Made by a program: the position numbers and the translations under genes
Assembly (NCBI GenBank): GCA_017991415.1
Contig: JAGOQR010000001.1
Coordinates: 341,992-405,991, forward strand
Length of the DNA stretch: 64,000 nt
Direction of reading: 5' to 3'
From: Candidatus Magasanikiibacteriota bacterium
GTDB taxonomy: Bacteria > Patescibacteriota > Patescibacteriia > Magasanikbacterales > GWA2-37-8
Notes under the pieces: generated by a model
The model's input: the letters and a program-made list of their open reading frames with translations, nothing else
Told to the model about the DNA's origin: nothing
Database searches by the model: none
Shown here: piece after piece, positions 1-9,339 of the stretch
How the letters are laid out: every line of letters begins with the position of its first letter
Position numbering within the stretch: position 1 is the first letter of the stretch

Positions 1-49
1 CCTACTTAAAAGTTCTTGTATTTTTTGCGGGTCGGTATTTGTTTTCATA

Positions 50-385
50 CTAATAATTTTTTAATGAGATCTCTGCAGACCAAAATCTAGAAAAGTTTAG
101 TCCGCTATAATATAGTGCCGTACCATTAACCGTACTATAGACTCTATGTACTGACCCGTATCTTACACCAAACCAAGTATATAAATAAGTTACTTCATTA
201 TTATGACTATCAACATCATCATCTATCGCCAATACAAAAAAGTTTTCTGTTCTGCTAAGCATACTCCTTATATCCTTTTCTAAAGAAGACTTCTGTGAAA
301 AATCAGTAATCACAAAAACAGGAATTATATACCCTAGTGCTGCAACAGCTATAACTATTAAAATAATCTTAAGGGATTTAGCCAT
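50..385 (-). CDS. hypothetical small membrane-anchored protein (111 aa)
   Basis: ORF with ATG at 383-385. N-terminal hydrophobic helix (KIILIVIAVAALGYIIPVFVI) then a soluble part. No recognisable family. Confidence 0.45.
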   Translation of the reverse strand: MAKSLKIILIVIAVAALGYIIPVFVITDFSQKSSLEKDIRSMLSRTENFFVLAIDDDVDSHNNEVTYLYTWFGVRYGSVHRVYSTVNGTALYYSGLNFSRFWSAEISLKNY

Positions 386-388
386 ATC

Positions 389-2992
389 TTAATCTAGGGC
401 TTTTAATTGTTCTTTTAATTTTTCTACCTTTACTTTTGCTGCACTTAATTTTGTCTGTTCTTTTTCTACCACTACCGGTGGGGCATTATTTACAAATTCT
501 TGATTAGATAATTTATTTTCTAACCCAGAGATATATTTTGTAATTTCGGCTATTTCTTTTTCTAGTCTTGGTTTTTCTTTTTCTATATCTACTGCCCCTG
601 CTAAATCCAAAGCGATCTCTGCTCCAGATTCTACAAATTCTAATTTTTCTAATCGAGCGAGAGCCTTCACAACTTCTTCGTTTTCTTTTATTAAATTTTT
701 TCTATCTCCGATATTCAAGAAAGCTCCGATTTTTTTTGCTGGTTCTATTTTATTTTCCGCGCGCAACGAACGGATACCAGTAATAATTGATCGTATTAGC
801 TCAAAATCAATCCTGTCAGTTTTTTTATGCACCACACCTTTTGGCCACTGCTCAACCATTAGTATATGGTCTGCCCCATAGACTTCTTGCCAAATAGTTT
901 CGGTTACAAATGGCATATACGGATGCCACAACTTAAGTATCGTGTTTAAAATATAATTTAAAATTTCTGATTTATCTCCCTCCACCTTAGCAATCTCCAA
1001 ATACCAATCAGCCAAATCTCCCCACGTAAAATCTCGTAACTCATCTCCTGCCAAAGCAAAATTAAATTTCTCAATATTTTCTGAAGTGCGATGAATAATC
1101 GTATATAGTTTTTCTAAAATCCATGCGTCAGCTAATGTTTTTGCTTTTGGTTCTTGAACATCCATTTTTGGCTCACTGATATTTATCAGCATAAACCTCG
1201 AAATATTCCACAATTTGTTGGTAAAATTTCTAAAGCCAGCAATTTTTTCTTCGGATAATTTCATATCATTGCCCGGTGTATTGCCCAAAAGCAACGACAA
1301 ACGAGTAGCGTCAGTACCAAATTTGGCAATCATGTCCAGCGGATCAATAATATTACCGAGTGATTTACTCATTTTTCTCCCTTGCTCATCGCGCACTAGT
1401 CCGTGGAGATATACAGTTTTAAATGGAATATCTCCTAGTGTATATGTAGTCATAAGTATCATGCGGGCAACCCAGAAAAATAAAATATCATACCCAGTTT
1501 CCATAACTGAGGTTGGGTGATAATTTTTGAGATCTTCGGCTTTCATGTCTGGATAACCCAGCGTAGAAAAAGTCCATAGACCAGAAGAAAACCAAGTATC
1601 AAGAGTATCTGGATCTTGCACCCAACCTTCGCCTTCTGGCGCTTGCACGCCAACAAAGATTTCTTCGCCTTTGTACCAAACCGGAATCTGATGGCCAAAC
1701 CAAATCTGGCGACTAATACACCAGTCGCGCAAATTATCTATCCAATGAAAATATGTTTTTTCAAAACGATCTGGCACTATTTCTATCTGCTTATTTTTCA
1801 CCACTCCCTGCATTAATTCTTTGAGCGTTTTACCACCTCGTTCTGCCACTGGTTTATTTACATCAATAAACCACTGTGTTTTTGGGAGCGGCTCTATCAC
1901 ATCACCAAATCTGTCGGAAGTACCGACATTTTGAATAATATCTTCTTCTTTTTCTAATAGATTATTAGTCTTTAGATATTCTACAAACTTGTTGCGTGCC
2001 TCAAGCACAGTAAGACCAGCATAGTTTGCACCACCAGCCTCAGTTATGATGCCGTCTTCACCAATTACTTGCACTAAACCGATATCATTACCAGCCGCTT
2101 TTTGTTTTTGATACATTTCAAAATCAACTGCACTGTGAGCGGGTGTAACTCCAAGCGCACCAGTCCCAAATTCTGCATCAACACTATCGTCACCAATAAT
2201 TTTTATTTTGAGCGGCTGGGCGGCGCCGACGTCTATTACAAATTCTTGCCCAATATATTTTTTATAGCGTTTATCTGTTGGATTCACTGCCACCGCTGTA
2301 TCGCCTAATTTAGTTTCGGGCCTGGTAGTAGCAATGGTAATTGGAAAATCTTTGGAATATTTAAAATAATATAGTTTGGCAGGGCGTTCTACATATACTA
2401 GCTCATCGTCACTAGCAGTGGACTGGCCTTTAACAGACCAGTTGATAACCCGATACCCACGATAAATAAGAGCATCGTCGTACATTTTTTTAAATACGGT
2501 GCGCACGGCCAGATTGCGCTCTTGATCAAGAGTATACGCTTCTCTACTCCAATCCAAAGAAGCGCCCATTTTTTTGCTTTGATTGACAATGGTATCGTGA
2601 CTTTCCTGTGCAAATTTTTCTACGCGCTTCAAAAATTCATCCCGACCCAAATCATATTTGGTTTTGCCTTCTTTTTCCAAAACTAATTTTTCTACTTTTG
2701 ATTGGGTGGCAATGGCAGCATGGTCGGTGCCTGGCACCCACAACGTACGGTCGCCTTTCATGCGATGATAACGCACCATTACATCCTGGATAGCCAGCAT
2801 GGCAGCATGGCCCATATGCAAATTACCAGTCACGTTTGGTGGCGGCAGTACGATAGAAAAATAATCGGCAGTATTTTTAGTAAAACCACTTGATATACAA
2901 ACATCAGGATTAAACAATCCTGAATCTTCCCATTTTTTATAAATTGCATCTTCGTACTGTTGGGGTTCGTAGGCCTTAGGCAGTTCTTTCAT
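389..2992 (-). CDS. valS: valyl-tRNA synthetase
   Basis: 867 aa. Class I HIGH-type motif (NVTGNLHMGHA) and KMSKS (KMSKSLGN). C-terminal coiled coil typical of ValRS. Confidence 0.95.
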   Translation of the reverse strand: MKELPKAYEPQQYEDAIYKKWEDSGLFNPDVCISSGFTKNTADYFSIVLPPPNVTGNLHMGHAAMLAIQDVMVRYHRMKGDRTLWVPGTDHAAIATQSKVEKLVLEKEGKTKYDLGRDEFLKRVEKFAQESHDTIVNQSKKMGASLDWSREAYTLDQERNLAVRTVFKKMYDDALIYRGYRVINWSVKGQSTASDDELVYVERPAKLYYFKYSKDFPITIATTRPETKLGDTAVAVNPTDKRYKKYIGQEFVIDVGAAQPLKIKIIGDDSVDAEFGTGALGVTPAHSAVDFEMYQKQKAAGNDIGLVQVIGEDGIITEAGGANYAGLTVLEARNKFVEYLKTNNLLEKEEDIIQNVGTSDRFGDVIEPLPKTQWFIDVNKPVAERGGKTLKELMQGVVKNKQIEIVPDRFEKTYFHWIDNLRDWCISRQIWFGHQIPVWYKGEEIFVGVQAPEGEGWVQDPDTLDTWFSSGLWTFSTLGYPDMKAEDLKNYHPTSVMETGYDILFFWVARMILMTTYTLGDIPFKTVYLHGLVRDEQGRKMSKSLGNIIDPLDMIAKFGTDATRLSLLLGNTPGNDMKLSEEKIAGFRNFTNKLWNISRFMLINISEPKMDVQEPKAKTLADAWILEKLYTIIHRTSENIEKFNFALAGDELRDFTWGDLADWYLEIAKVEGDKSEILNYILNTILKLWHPYMPFVTETIWQEVYGADHILMVEQWPKGVVHKKTDRIDFELIRSIITGIRSLRAENKIEPAKKIGAFLNIGDRKNLIKENEEVVKALARLEKLEFVESGAEIALDLAGAVDIEKEKPRLEKEIAEITKYISGLENKLSNQEFVNNAPPVVVEKEQTKLSAAKVKVEKLKEQLKALD

Positions 2993-3241
2993 AATTGAAA
3001 CAAATCAATAATTCTAAAATAAATACGGGTGTAGATATAGCTAATATACTACTAAAATTAAGGAAAATAATCAAACTAAACGGTTGACACGGTAGGCAAA
3101 AATTGATAGGGTCAATAATCCATAATTTATGGATTTCACCAGTTTTCAAGTAATATAAATAATGAAAGAGTGGTCTACACCCGAACTCAATCGGGTTACA
3201 CCCATTTCAAAACGCTGCTTACTTACCAGGTGTAGCAAGGA

Positions 3242-3296
3242 ACCAACGTGCATATCAGTGATTATCCGAATGATTATAATTGATATGCGCGTTGGT
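3242..3296. repeat. imperfect 16-bp inverted repeat (hairpin, 23-nt loop) at the AT-to-GC composition boundary
   Basis: ACCAACGTGCATATCA (3242-3257) pairs with TGATATGCGCGTTGGT (3281-3296) with 1 mismatch. Confidence 0.5.
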
Positions 3297-3301
3297 AGCC
3301 A

Positions 3302-3313
3302 GGTCAATTGACC
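3302..3313. promoter_or_regulatory. perfect 12-bp palindrome GGTCAATTGACC immediately upstream of the small GC-rich ORF
   Basis: Self-complementary sequence read directly. Lies 10 nt upstream of the ATG at 3323, in an operator-like position. Confidence 0.4.
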
Positions 3314-3322
3314 TAGGACAAC

Positions 3323-3514
3323 ATGCAGGCTTGCCCTGCCCAGTGGGCTCTGTCAAAGAAGACGTTCATGGCGACTTACAATCCCTGGACTGTGAGAATC
3401 TTGACTGCGATTGGTGTCATCCTCCTGGTCACAATGACCACGATCGTAGCCAAGGACATCATCTCGCACAAGGCGCCCCAACCACAAAGGCTCCTTGCCC
3501 CACCCAAGAAGTAG
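3323..3514 (+). CDS. small predicted membrane protein (63 aa) in GC-rich cassette 1
   Basis: ATG preceded by AGGA (3315-3318). Single TM segment (ILTAIGVILLVTMTTIVA), basic C-terminus, TAG stop. Codon composition is GC-rich unlike its neighbours. The TM-coding core is homologous to the minus-strand ORF at 30577-30861. An antisense GTG-start ORF (3353-3577) is the alternative frame. Confidence 0.35.
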   Translation: MQACPAQWALSKKTFMATYNPWTVRILTAIGVILLVTMTTIVAKDIISHKAPQPQRLLAPPKK

Positions 3515-3560
3515 CATGAGAAGAACGGTCCCTGACCCCCTCCTCAACAGCGTTTCCCCT

Positions 3561-3590
3561 GCACCTCCGCCAACCACGGAGGTGCCACTA
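3561..3590 (+). terminator. GC-rich hairpin (9-bp perfect stem GCACCTCCG/CGGAGGTGC, 7-nt loop) then a T-rich tail
   Basis: Stem 3561-3569 / 3577-3585, followed by CACTATTTAT. Candidate terminator of the cassette-1 ORF. Confidence 0.4.
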
Positions 3591-3597
3591 TTTATGC

Positions 3598-3626
3598 TTG
3601 ACAGGTGGCCAAAACCCTGCTAGAAT
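3598..3626 (+). promoter_or_regulatory. sigma70-like promoter TTGACA-N17-TAGAAT for the downstream DHH gene
   Basis: TTGACA 3598-3603, 17-nt spacer, TAGAAT 3621-3626. About 33 nt upstream of the ATG at 3660. Confidence 0.6.
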
Positions 3627-3659
3627 AGCCTGTTATTTAGATTTTTTGACATACTAACC

Positions 3660-4811
3660 ATGGCTCTAAATGAAACCGAACAATTACGCCATCTTCTTGA
3701 AAAGAGTGGGCATATTTTACTCGTTGTTAATTCCAACCAAAATACGGATGCTCTTTGTGCAGCCATGGCTTGGAAAAAACTACTTGAAAAACAACGCAAG
3801 CAAGTCGACATTATTGCCGACAATTTTGTTTTACCAAAAAACCTTAAATTCCTGAAAGGTCTCGAAGAGGTGCAGCCGCAGCTGTCTCATTTACAAAAAT
3901 TTATTCTAAAAGTAGATATTAGCAACGTAAAAATAGATACACTCAGCTATGATATAAAGGACAACTGGCTCTCAATTTATTTAACACCAAAACAAGGGAT
4001 CATCACTAAAAATGAATTGCGCACTGCTCAATCTGGTTTAAAATACGACCTAATCATTTCAATAAATGCCCAAGACCTAGAGTCGCTTGGAAATATTTTT
4101 TTAAACAACACTGATTTATTTTACAAAGTACCAATTATTAATTTTGACAACCATCCTGGCAATGAACATTTTGGACAAGTGAATTTTGTAGATTTAAGCG
4201 CCACTTCCATCTCCGAAAGTATTTATAAAATAATGGCCCAACTATTTGAACCAGATATTGATGCCACGATGGCAAATTTTTTATTAACAGGGATGATTAG
4301 CCAAACACAAAGTTTCAAAACGTCTAACGTCAGTCCTAACACGCTCAATCTCGCCAGCAAATTAATGAGCTTAGGCGCAGATCGAGAAAAAATTGTAAAA
4401 AATTTATATCGCACCAAATCTATTGCCTCACTTCGTATTTGGGGTATTGCACTTACCCATATGGAAAACGATCCAAAACTTGGATTGGTTTGGACCACAA
4501 TTACCAGAGAAGATTTTGCCCGAACTGGAGCAAGCGAAGACGAGCTACAAGACCTTACCGAAGAACTAGTCCACAACTCTCCTGAAGCCAAAATTATTCT
4601 TTTCCTTAACGAAGATACGAAAGGAGAAAATAAAGTGCATGGTTTTCTATACTCAGACAAACAACATGATGCTAAATTACTTTTACAAGGCTTTCAACCA
4701 GAAGGCAATAAAAAAACTGCCTCTTTTGTAATAGCTGACAAAACTATAAAGGAAGTGGAAACGGAAGTGCTCGCAAAAATTAAAAAAATGATTGGCGATG
4801 CGAACCTTTAA
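3660..4811 (+). CDS. DHH-family phosphoesterase (NrnA-like oligoribonuclease / pAp phosphatase)
   Basis: 383 aa. DHH-superfamily N-terminal domain with an NFDNHPGN motif and a DHHA1-like C-terminal region. Size fits NrnA. Confidence 0.65.
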   Translation: MALNETEQLRHLLEKSGHILLVVNSNQNTDALCAAMAWKKLLEKQRKQVDIIADNFVLPKNLKFLKGLEEVQPQLSHLQKFILKVDISNVKIDTLSYDIKDNWLSIYLTPKQGIITKNELRTAQSGLKYDLIISINAQDLESLGNIFLNNTDLFYKVPIINFDNHPGNEHFGQVNFVDLSATSISESIYKIMAQLFEPDIDATMANFLLTGMISQTQSFKTSNVSPNTLNLASKLMSLGADREKIVKNLYRTKSIASLRIWGIALTHMENDPKLGLVWTTITREDFARTGASEDELQDLTEELVHNSPEAKIILFLNEDTKGENKVHGFLYSDKQHDAKLLLQGFQPEGNKKTASFVIADKTIKEVETEVLAKIKKMIGDANL

Positions 4812-6385
4812 ATAAGAGGCTCCCCGGTCATATCTTCTGGCTGACCTACTCCCAATAATTTTAAAACCGTTGGTGCCACGTCTGCCAACACACCGACCGG
4901 TTGCATGAGACTTAAATCGCCTTCTGGCGGATCTCCAGACGGCCCTGCTTGACCCATAAAATCTTGCCCTATAATAATAAGCGGAACTGGATTAGTTGAA
5001 TGCTCTTTATCCATTTCTCCTGTTTGTAAATTACTCATTTCTTCGGCATTGCCATGATCTGCTGTTATTACCATAACTCCATTTTGGGCTAAGGTATGAT
5101 TGGCAATATCTCCTAAACACTTATCAATAATTTTGCAGGCCTTGATACCTGCCTCCAAATTGCCTGTGTGGCCAACCATATCCGCATTGGCGAGGTTGAG
5201 GACAATAAAATCATACCCCCCCTTATCAATTATTTTATTTACTTCTTTGGTAATTTCTAAAGCAGACATTTCTGGTTTTTGATCATAGCTTGGCACTCGA
5301 GCCGAAGGAATAAGTAATCGCTCTTCTCCTGGAAACGGCTCTTCTACTGTGCCATTTAGGAAAAAGGTTACGTGGGCATATTTTTCTGTTTCTGCAACAT
5401 GCATTTGTTTGAGACCTGCTTTGCTTATGACCTCCGCCAAACAATTATGCACTGCCATTGGAGCAAACGCTACGGCCACTGGTAAGTTTTTTTCATACTC
5501 CGTCATAGTCACCACAAACAAATCTTTTATATACTCTTTAGAAAATTTGTTAAAAGATGGCACTGCAAAAGCCTCGGCTAGCTCGCGACCTCTATCTGGT
5601 CTAAAGTTAAAAAATATTACCGCATCACCAGAATCTACTGTTGCGACAGGTTTGTTTTTTGATGTTAAAACTGTTGGAATAAATTCTTCATCGTAATTTT
5701 TTTGCGCATACGACTGGTCGATGGCTGCAAGCGCATCGCTATTATTTCTATCCGCTTTACCTGCCACAATAGCTTGGTACGCTTTTTCACACCTATCCCA
5801 TCTATTATCTCGATCCATAGCAAAATAACGCCCCGATAAAGTTGCAATCTTACCAACTTTTAATGTATCTATTTTTTCTTGAAGCTCGGTGATAAACTCT
5901 CGGCCAGAATTATATAGCGCATCACGCCCATCAAGAATAGCGTGCACAAAAACATTTTTGGTTAATTTTTCTTTTTTACATAATTCAAGCAACGCATACA
6001 GATGCTCATTACTTGAATGAACATTACCAGAACTTACCAACCCAACTAAATGAAGCTTGGAATTATTTTTTTTAACCTTTTCTATAGCTGATAAAAAAGC
6101 TTGATTTTCAAAAAAACTACCTTCGTCGATTGACCTGTTTATTCGTGGGCAACTTTGATAATAGACTCTTCCCGCCCCAATATTAAGATGGCCGACTTCG
6201 GAGTTTCCCATTTCTCCAAACATTAAACCCACCTCGTTGCCAGAGGCGTGCACAGTCATGGTTGGGTAATTTTGAAGAAATTTTGCAAAATTTGGTGTTT
6301 CCGCTTTGGTAATAGCATTACCATCTACACTCGGAGCCACTCCCCAACCATCCATTATCACTAGCACAACAGGCTTATACTTCAT
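4808..6385 (-). CDS. gpmI: 2,3-bisphosphoglycerate-independent phosphoglycerate mutase (copy 1)
   Basis: 525 aa. N-terminal MDGWG and catalytic serine motif GNSEVGHLNIGAGR. Alkaline-phosphatase superfamily iPGM architecture. Confidence 0.9.
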   Translation of the reverse strand: MKYKPVVLVIMDGWGVAPSVDGNAITKAETPNFAKFLQNYPTMTVHASGNEVGLMFGEMGNSEVGHLNIGAGRVYYQSCPRINRSIDEGSFFENQAFLSAIEKVKKNNSKLHLVGLVSSGNVHSSNEHLYALLELCKKEKLTKNVFVHAILDGRDALYNSGREFITELQEKIDTLKVGKIATLSGRYFAMDRDNRWDRCEKAYQAIVAGKADRNNSDALAAIDQSYAQKNYDEEFIPTVLTSKNKPVATVDSGDAVIFFNFRPDRGRELAEAFAVPSFNKFSKEYIKDLFVVTMTEYEKNLPVAVAFAPMAVHNCLAEVISKAGLKQMHVAETEKYAHVTFFLNGTVEEPFPGEERLLIPSARVPSYDQKPEMSALEITKEVNKIIDKGGYDFIVLNLANADMVGHTGNLEAGIKACKIIDKCLGDIANHTLAQNGVMVITADHGNAEEMSNLQTGEMDKEHSTNPVPLIIIGQDFMGQAGPSGDPPEGDLSLMQPVGVLADVAPTVLKLLGVGQPEDMTGEPLI

Positions 6386-6420
6386 AAACAGGAAAATTTT
6401 AATCTTTCAAATATTAATAA

Positions 6421-7971
6421 CTAAACTAAACTCTGGGCTGTCATCTCTTTTGGCTTTTCTATATCCATCATTTTTAAAATGGTTGGCGCTACATTTGCCA
6501 ATTTTCCATTTGCTAACTTACGCGGTGTTTTTACCCGACTATTTATCAGAATAAACGGTACTGGGTTAATAGAGTGTTCGGTGTCTGGCTCCCCACTTTC
6601 TGGGTTTATCATTACTTCAATATTACCATGATCGGCAGTAATAATTCCCTGACCATGATTTTTGATTACTGCATTCATTATTTGTTCTATACTTTTATCA
6701 ATAACAGAAACGGCTTTTTGAGCGGCCATAAAATTACCCGTATGCCCCACCATATCCATGTTCGCAAAATTTACTGCAATAAAATCATACTCCTTTGAGT
6801 TTATAGCTGCAACCGTATAATTGGTCAGCTGCTTGGCGCTCATCTCTGGTTTTTCAGCAAAATTTTTAGCATCTGGGGAAGCAATTTTTACCCAATTTTC
6901 ATCACAAAAATGTTGCGCATAGCCTCCGTTAAGAAAATACGTAATGTGAGCAAATTTTTCAGACTCAGCTATATACATCTGCTTTCGCGGACACAGGGAT
7001 TGCACCAAACCGTTAGTTACATCTCGACTCGGAAACGCCGTTAATACCCCTGGTAAATCTGGACCAAAATCTGAGAGAGCAACAAAACGAATATTTTTTG
7101 GACATTTCGATCTAGTAAATGAATCGAGGTTCATTTCTTTAAAATTAGGCTGCACAAATGCTTTGGTAAGTTCTCGAGCCCGATCACTGCGTAAATTAAA
7201 AAAGAATACTGCGTCATTATTTTTTATCGTTGCCACTGGACGATTTTTTTCCATAATAACTGTGGGGGCCAAAAATTCGTCTGTGTCACCCATATTATAC
7301 GAATTACGCAAAGCTTCTTCGGGCGAACTAGCTTTTTTTCCTTTACCCAAAACGAGAGCGTCATAGGCCTGCTTAACTCGCTCCCAACTCTTATTCCTAT
7401 CCATTGCATAAAATCGCCCCATTAGAGTTGCGACTTTTTCATTGCCATGAAAATATTTTTCTAATAATCTTAAATGCTTTTGTGCTTCATACTGACCAGA
7501 ATCTCTGCCGTCAGTAAAAAGATGCAAATATACTTTTTTAATCTTCTCTCTATGAACTAAATCAAGCAGCGCATACAAATGCTCTGGGTTAGAGTGAGCA
7601 CTATTATGATTGGAGAGGAGCCCCATTAAATGCACAGCGGTATTATATTTTTTTACATGGTGCATAGCCTGATGAAATGCATTGTTTTTGAAAAATACAC
7701 CATCTTTAATTGATTGGGATATGTAGAGTGCGTCCTGAAGAACAACCCGTCCCGCCCCCAAATTGAGGTGGCCTGCTTCACTGTTACCTTCTTGGCCTGG
7801 AAACAACCCAACACTTTCACCACTTGCCTCTAATGTACAGTTTGGATATTTTTTAATCGCTGAAAAATAAAACGGGGCTGTTTTGGGTGTGATGGGATTA
7901 CCTGGGTCTTTCTGACTACCCACACCCCAACCATCAACAATAATTAAAACGGTGTTTTTTGTTTCTGCCAT
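6421..7971 (-). CDS. gpmI: 2,3-bisphosphoglycerate-independent phosphoglycerate mutase paralog (copy 2)
   Basis: 516 aa with VDGWG and GNSEAGHLNLGAGR motifs. Clearly a paralog of the adjacent gene, with the catalytic Ser retained. Confidence 0.85.
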   Translation of the reverse strand: MAETKNTVLIIVDGWGVGSQKDPGNPITPKTAPFYFSAIKKYPNCTLEASGESVGLFPGQEGNSEAGHLNLGAGRVVLQDALYISQSIKDGVFFKNNAFHQAMHHVKKYNTAVHLMGLLSNHNSAHSNPEHLYALLDLVHREKIKKVYLHLFTDGRDSGQYEAQKHLRLLEKYFHGNEKVATLMGRFYAMDRNKSWERVKQAYDALVLGKGKKASSPEEALRNSYNMGDTDEFLAPTVIMEKNRPVATIKNNDAVFFFNLRSDRARELTKAFVQPNFKEMNLDSFTRSKCPKNIRFVALSDFGPDLPGVLTAFPSRDVTNGLVQSLCPRKQMYIAESEKFAHITYFLNGGYAQHFCDENWVKIASPDAKNFAEKPEMSAKQLTNYTVAAINSKEYDFIAVNFANMDMVGHTGNFMAAQKAVSVIDKSIEQIMNAVIKNHGQGIITADHGNIEVMINPESGEPDTEHSINPVPFILINSRVKTPRKLANGKLANVAPTILKMMDIEKPKEMTAQSLV

Positions 7972-7985
7972 AGATGAGAAAATAA

Positions 7986-9233
7986 TTATATTCCTAGCTC
8001 TGCTTCGATCTCCATTAAACGGTTATACTTTTCTATTCGCTCCGAACGAGACATTGATCCTGTTTTTATAAATTCTGAATTAACCGCTACTGCCAAATCT
8101 GCAATAAAGGTATCCGCAGTTTCACCACTACGATGGGAAACAAATATTTGATACTTATTTTCTCGGGCTAATTTTACTGCGGCTATAGTTTCTGACAAAC
8201 TACCAATCTGATTTATTTTTATCAACACTGAATTGGCTACTTTTTCTTTGATACCTCTGGCAATACGTTCTGGATTAGTAACAAAAAGATCATCACCAAC
8301 AAGCGTTACTTTTGCACCTAGCTCTTTTGTTAAGAGAGTCCAATTCTCCCAATCATCTTCGGCTAAAGCATCTTCAATAGAAACGATCGGGTATTTTTTA
8401 ACCCAATTTTTTAAATTATCAATCATTTTACCAGCGTTCCAAGGCTGTTTTTTACTCAAAAAATAATAATTTTTATTCCTATAAAACTCTGAAGCAGCAA
8501 TATCAAGAGCTAAAAATACTTGCTTACCTGGTTCCCATCCAGCTAATTTAATAGCTTGCATGATAAGCTGCAACCCTCTTTCATTATTAAGTAATTCTGG
8601 CGCAAAACCGCCTTCGTCTCCTACACCAGTGGCATACCCTTTTTGACTAAGCAGCCCAGCCAACGCATGAAAAATTTGTGAACCCATACGAACACGCTCT
8701 CGCAAAAGTTTGTGTTTAGGCATAATCATAAACTCTTGGATGGACAAACCATTGTCTGCATGACGACCACCATTAATGATATTCATACCCAAAATAGGCA
8801 TCTTGTATTCTGTAGAGGCAATCTTATACACCTGTCGTATATATTTATATAATGGCATGTTGGCTGCCATAGCCCCGACACGCGCCACTGCCAAAGAAAC
8901 AGATAAAATAGCATTGGCGCCCAATTTTGATTTATTTTTTGTTCCATCAAGCGCAATCATGGCCGCATCAATTTTTTCTATTTCACTTACTTCCATACCA
9001 ACAATTACTCGAGCAATTTCGGTATTAACATTTTTGACTGCTTTGAGAACGCCCTTTCCTCCATATCGCAAACCACCATCTCGAAGCTCCCAGGCTTCAT
9101 GAGCACCTGTCGAAGCGCCAGAAGGCACTTTGGCAACAGCACTTAATCCATTTTCCAAAATTACCTTGGCTTCAACAGTTGGATTTCCTCTTGAATCAAG
9201 AACCTCACGAGCGATAATTTGTTTGATTTTCAT
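7986..9233 (-). CDS. eno: enolase
   Basis: Start set at the internal MKIKQIIAREVLDSRGNPTVEA (ATG at 9231-9233). The ORF track extends N-terminally with a non-ATG start. Full enolase signature present. Confidence 0.9.
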   Translation of the reverse strand: MKIKQIIAREVLDSRGNPTVEAKVILENGLSAVAKVPSGASTGAHEAWELRDGGLRYGGKGVLKAVKNVNTEIARVIVGMEVSEIEKIDAAMIALDGTKNKSKLGANAILSVSLAVARVGAMAANMPLYKYIRQVYKIASTEYKMPILGMNIINGGRHADNGLSIQEFMIMPKHKLLRERVRMGSQIFHALAGLLSQKGYATGVGDEGGFAPELLNNERGLQLIMQAIKLAGWEPGKQVFLALDIAASEFYRNKNYYFLSKKQPWNAGKMIDNLKNWVKKYPIVSIEDALAEDDWENWTLLTKELGAKVTLVGDDLFVTNPERIARGIKEKVANSVLIKINQIGSLSETIAAVKLARENKYQIFVSHRSGETADTFIADLAVAVNSEFIKTGSMSRSERIEKYNRLMEIEAELGI

Positions 9234-9305
9234 ATGCAAATTGAATGAAAAATAGAGATAAAACCCTAATTCTAGCCAGATTATTATACCACAGCCCTTA
9301 CAAAC

Positions 9306-9336
9306 AAAAAAGAGCCCTTTCGGGCTCTTTTTTAAT
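9306..9336 (-). terminator. rho-independent terminator (bidirectional hairpin AGAGCCC-TTTC-GGGCTCT flanked by A/T runs)
   Basis: Stem 9311-9317 / 9322-9328, T-run 9329-9333. Directly after the stop of the minus-strand SIMPL gene. Confidence 0.6.
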
Positions 9337-9339
9337 TTT

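Noticed and set aside
568-2893. Several 60-100 aa ORFs (for example 568-783, 1215-1520, 2102-2308) on the plus strand
   Set aside because: All are antisense to valS with low-complexity Leu/Phe/Ile-rich translations. Shadow ORFs of an AT-rich gene.
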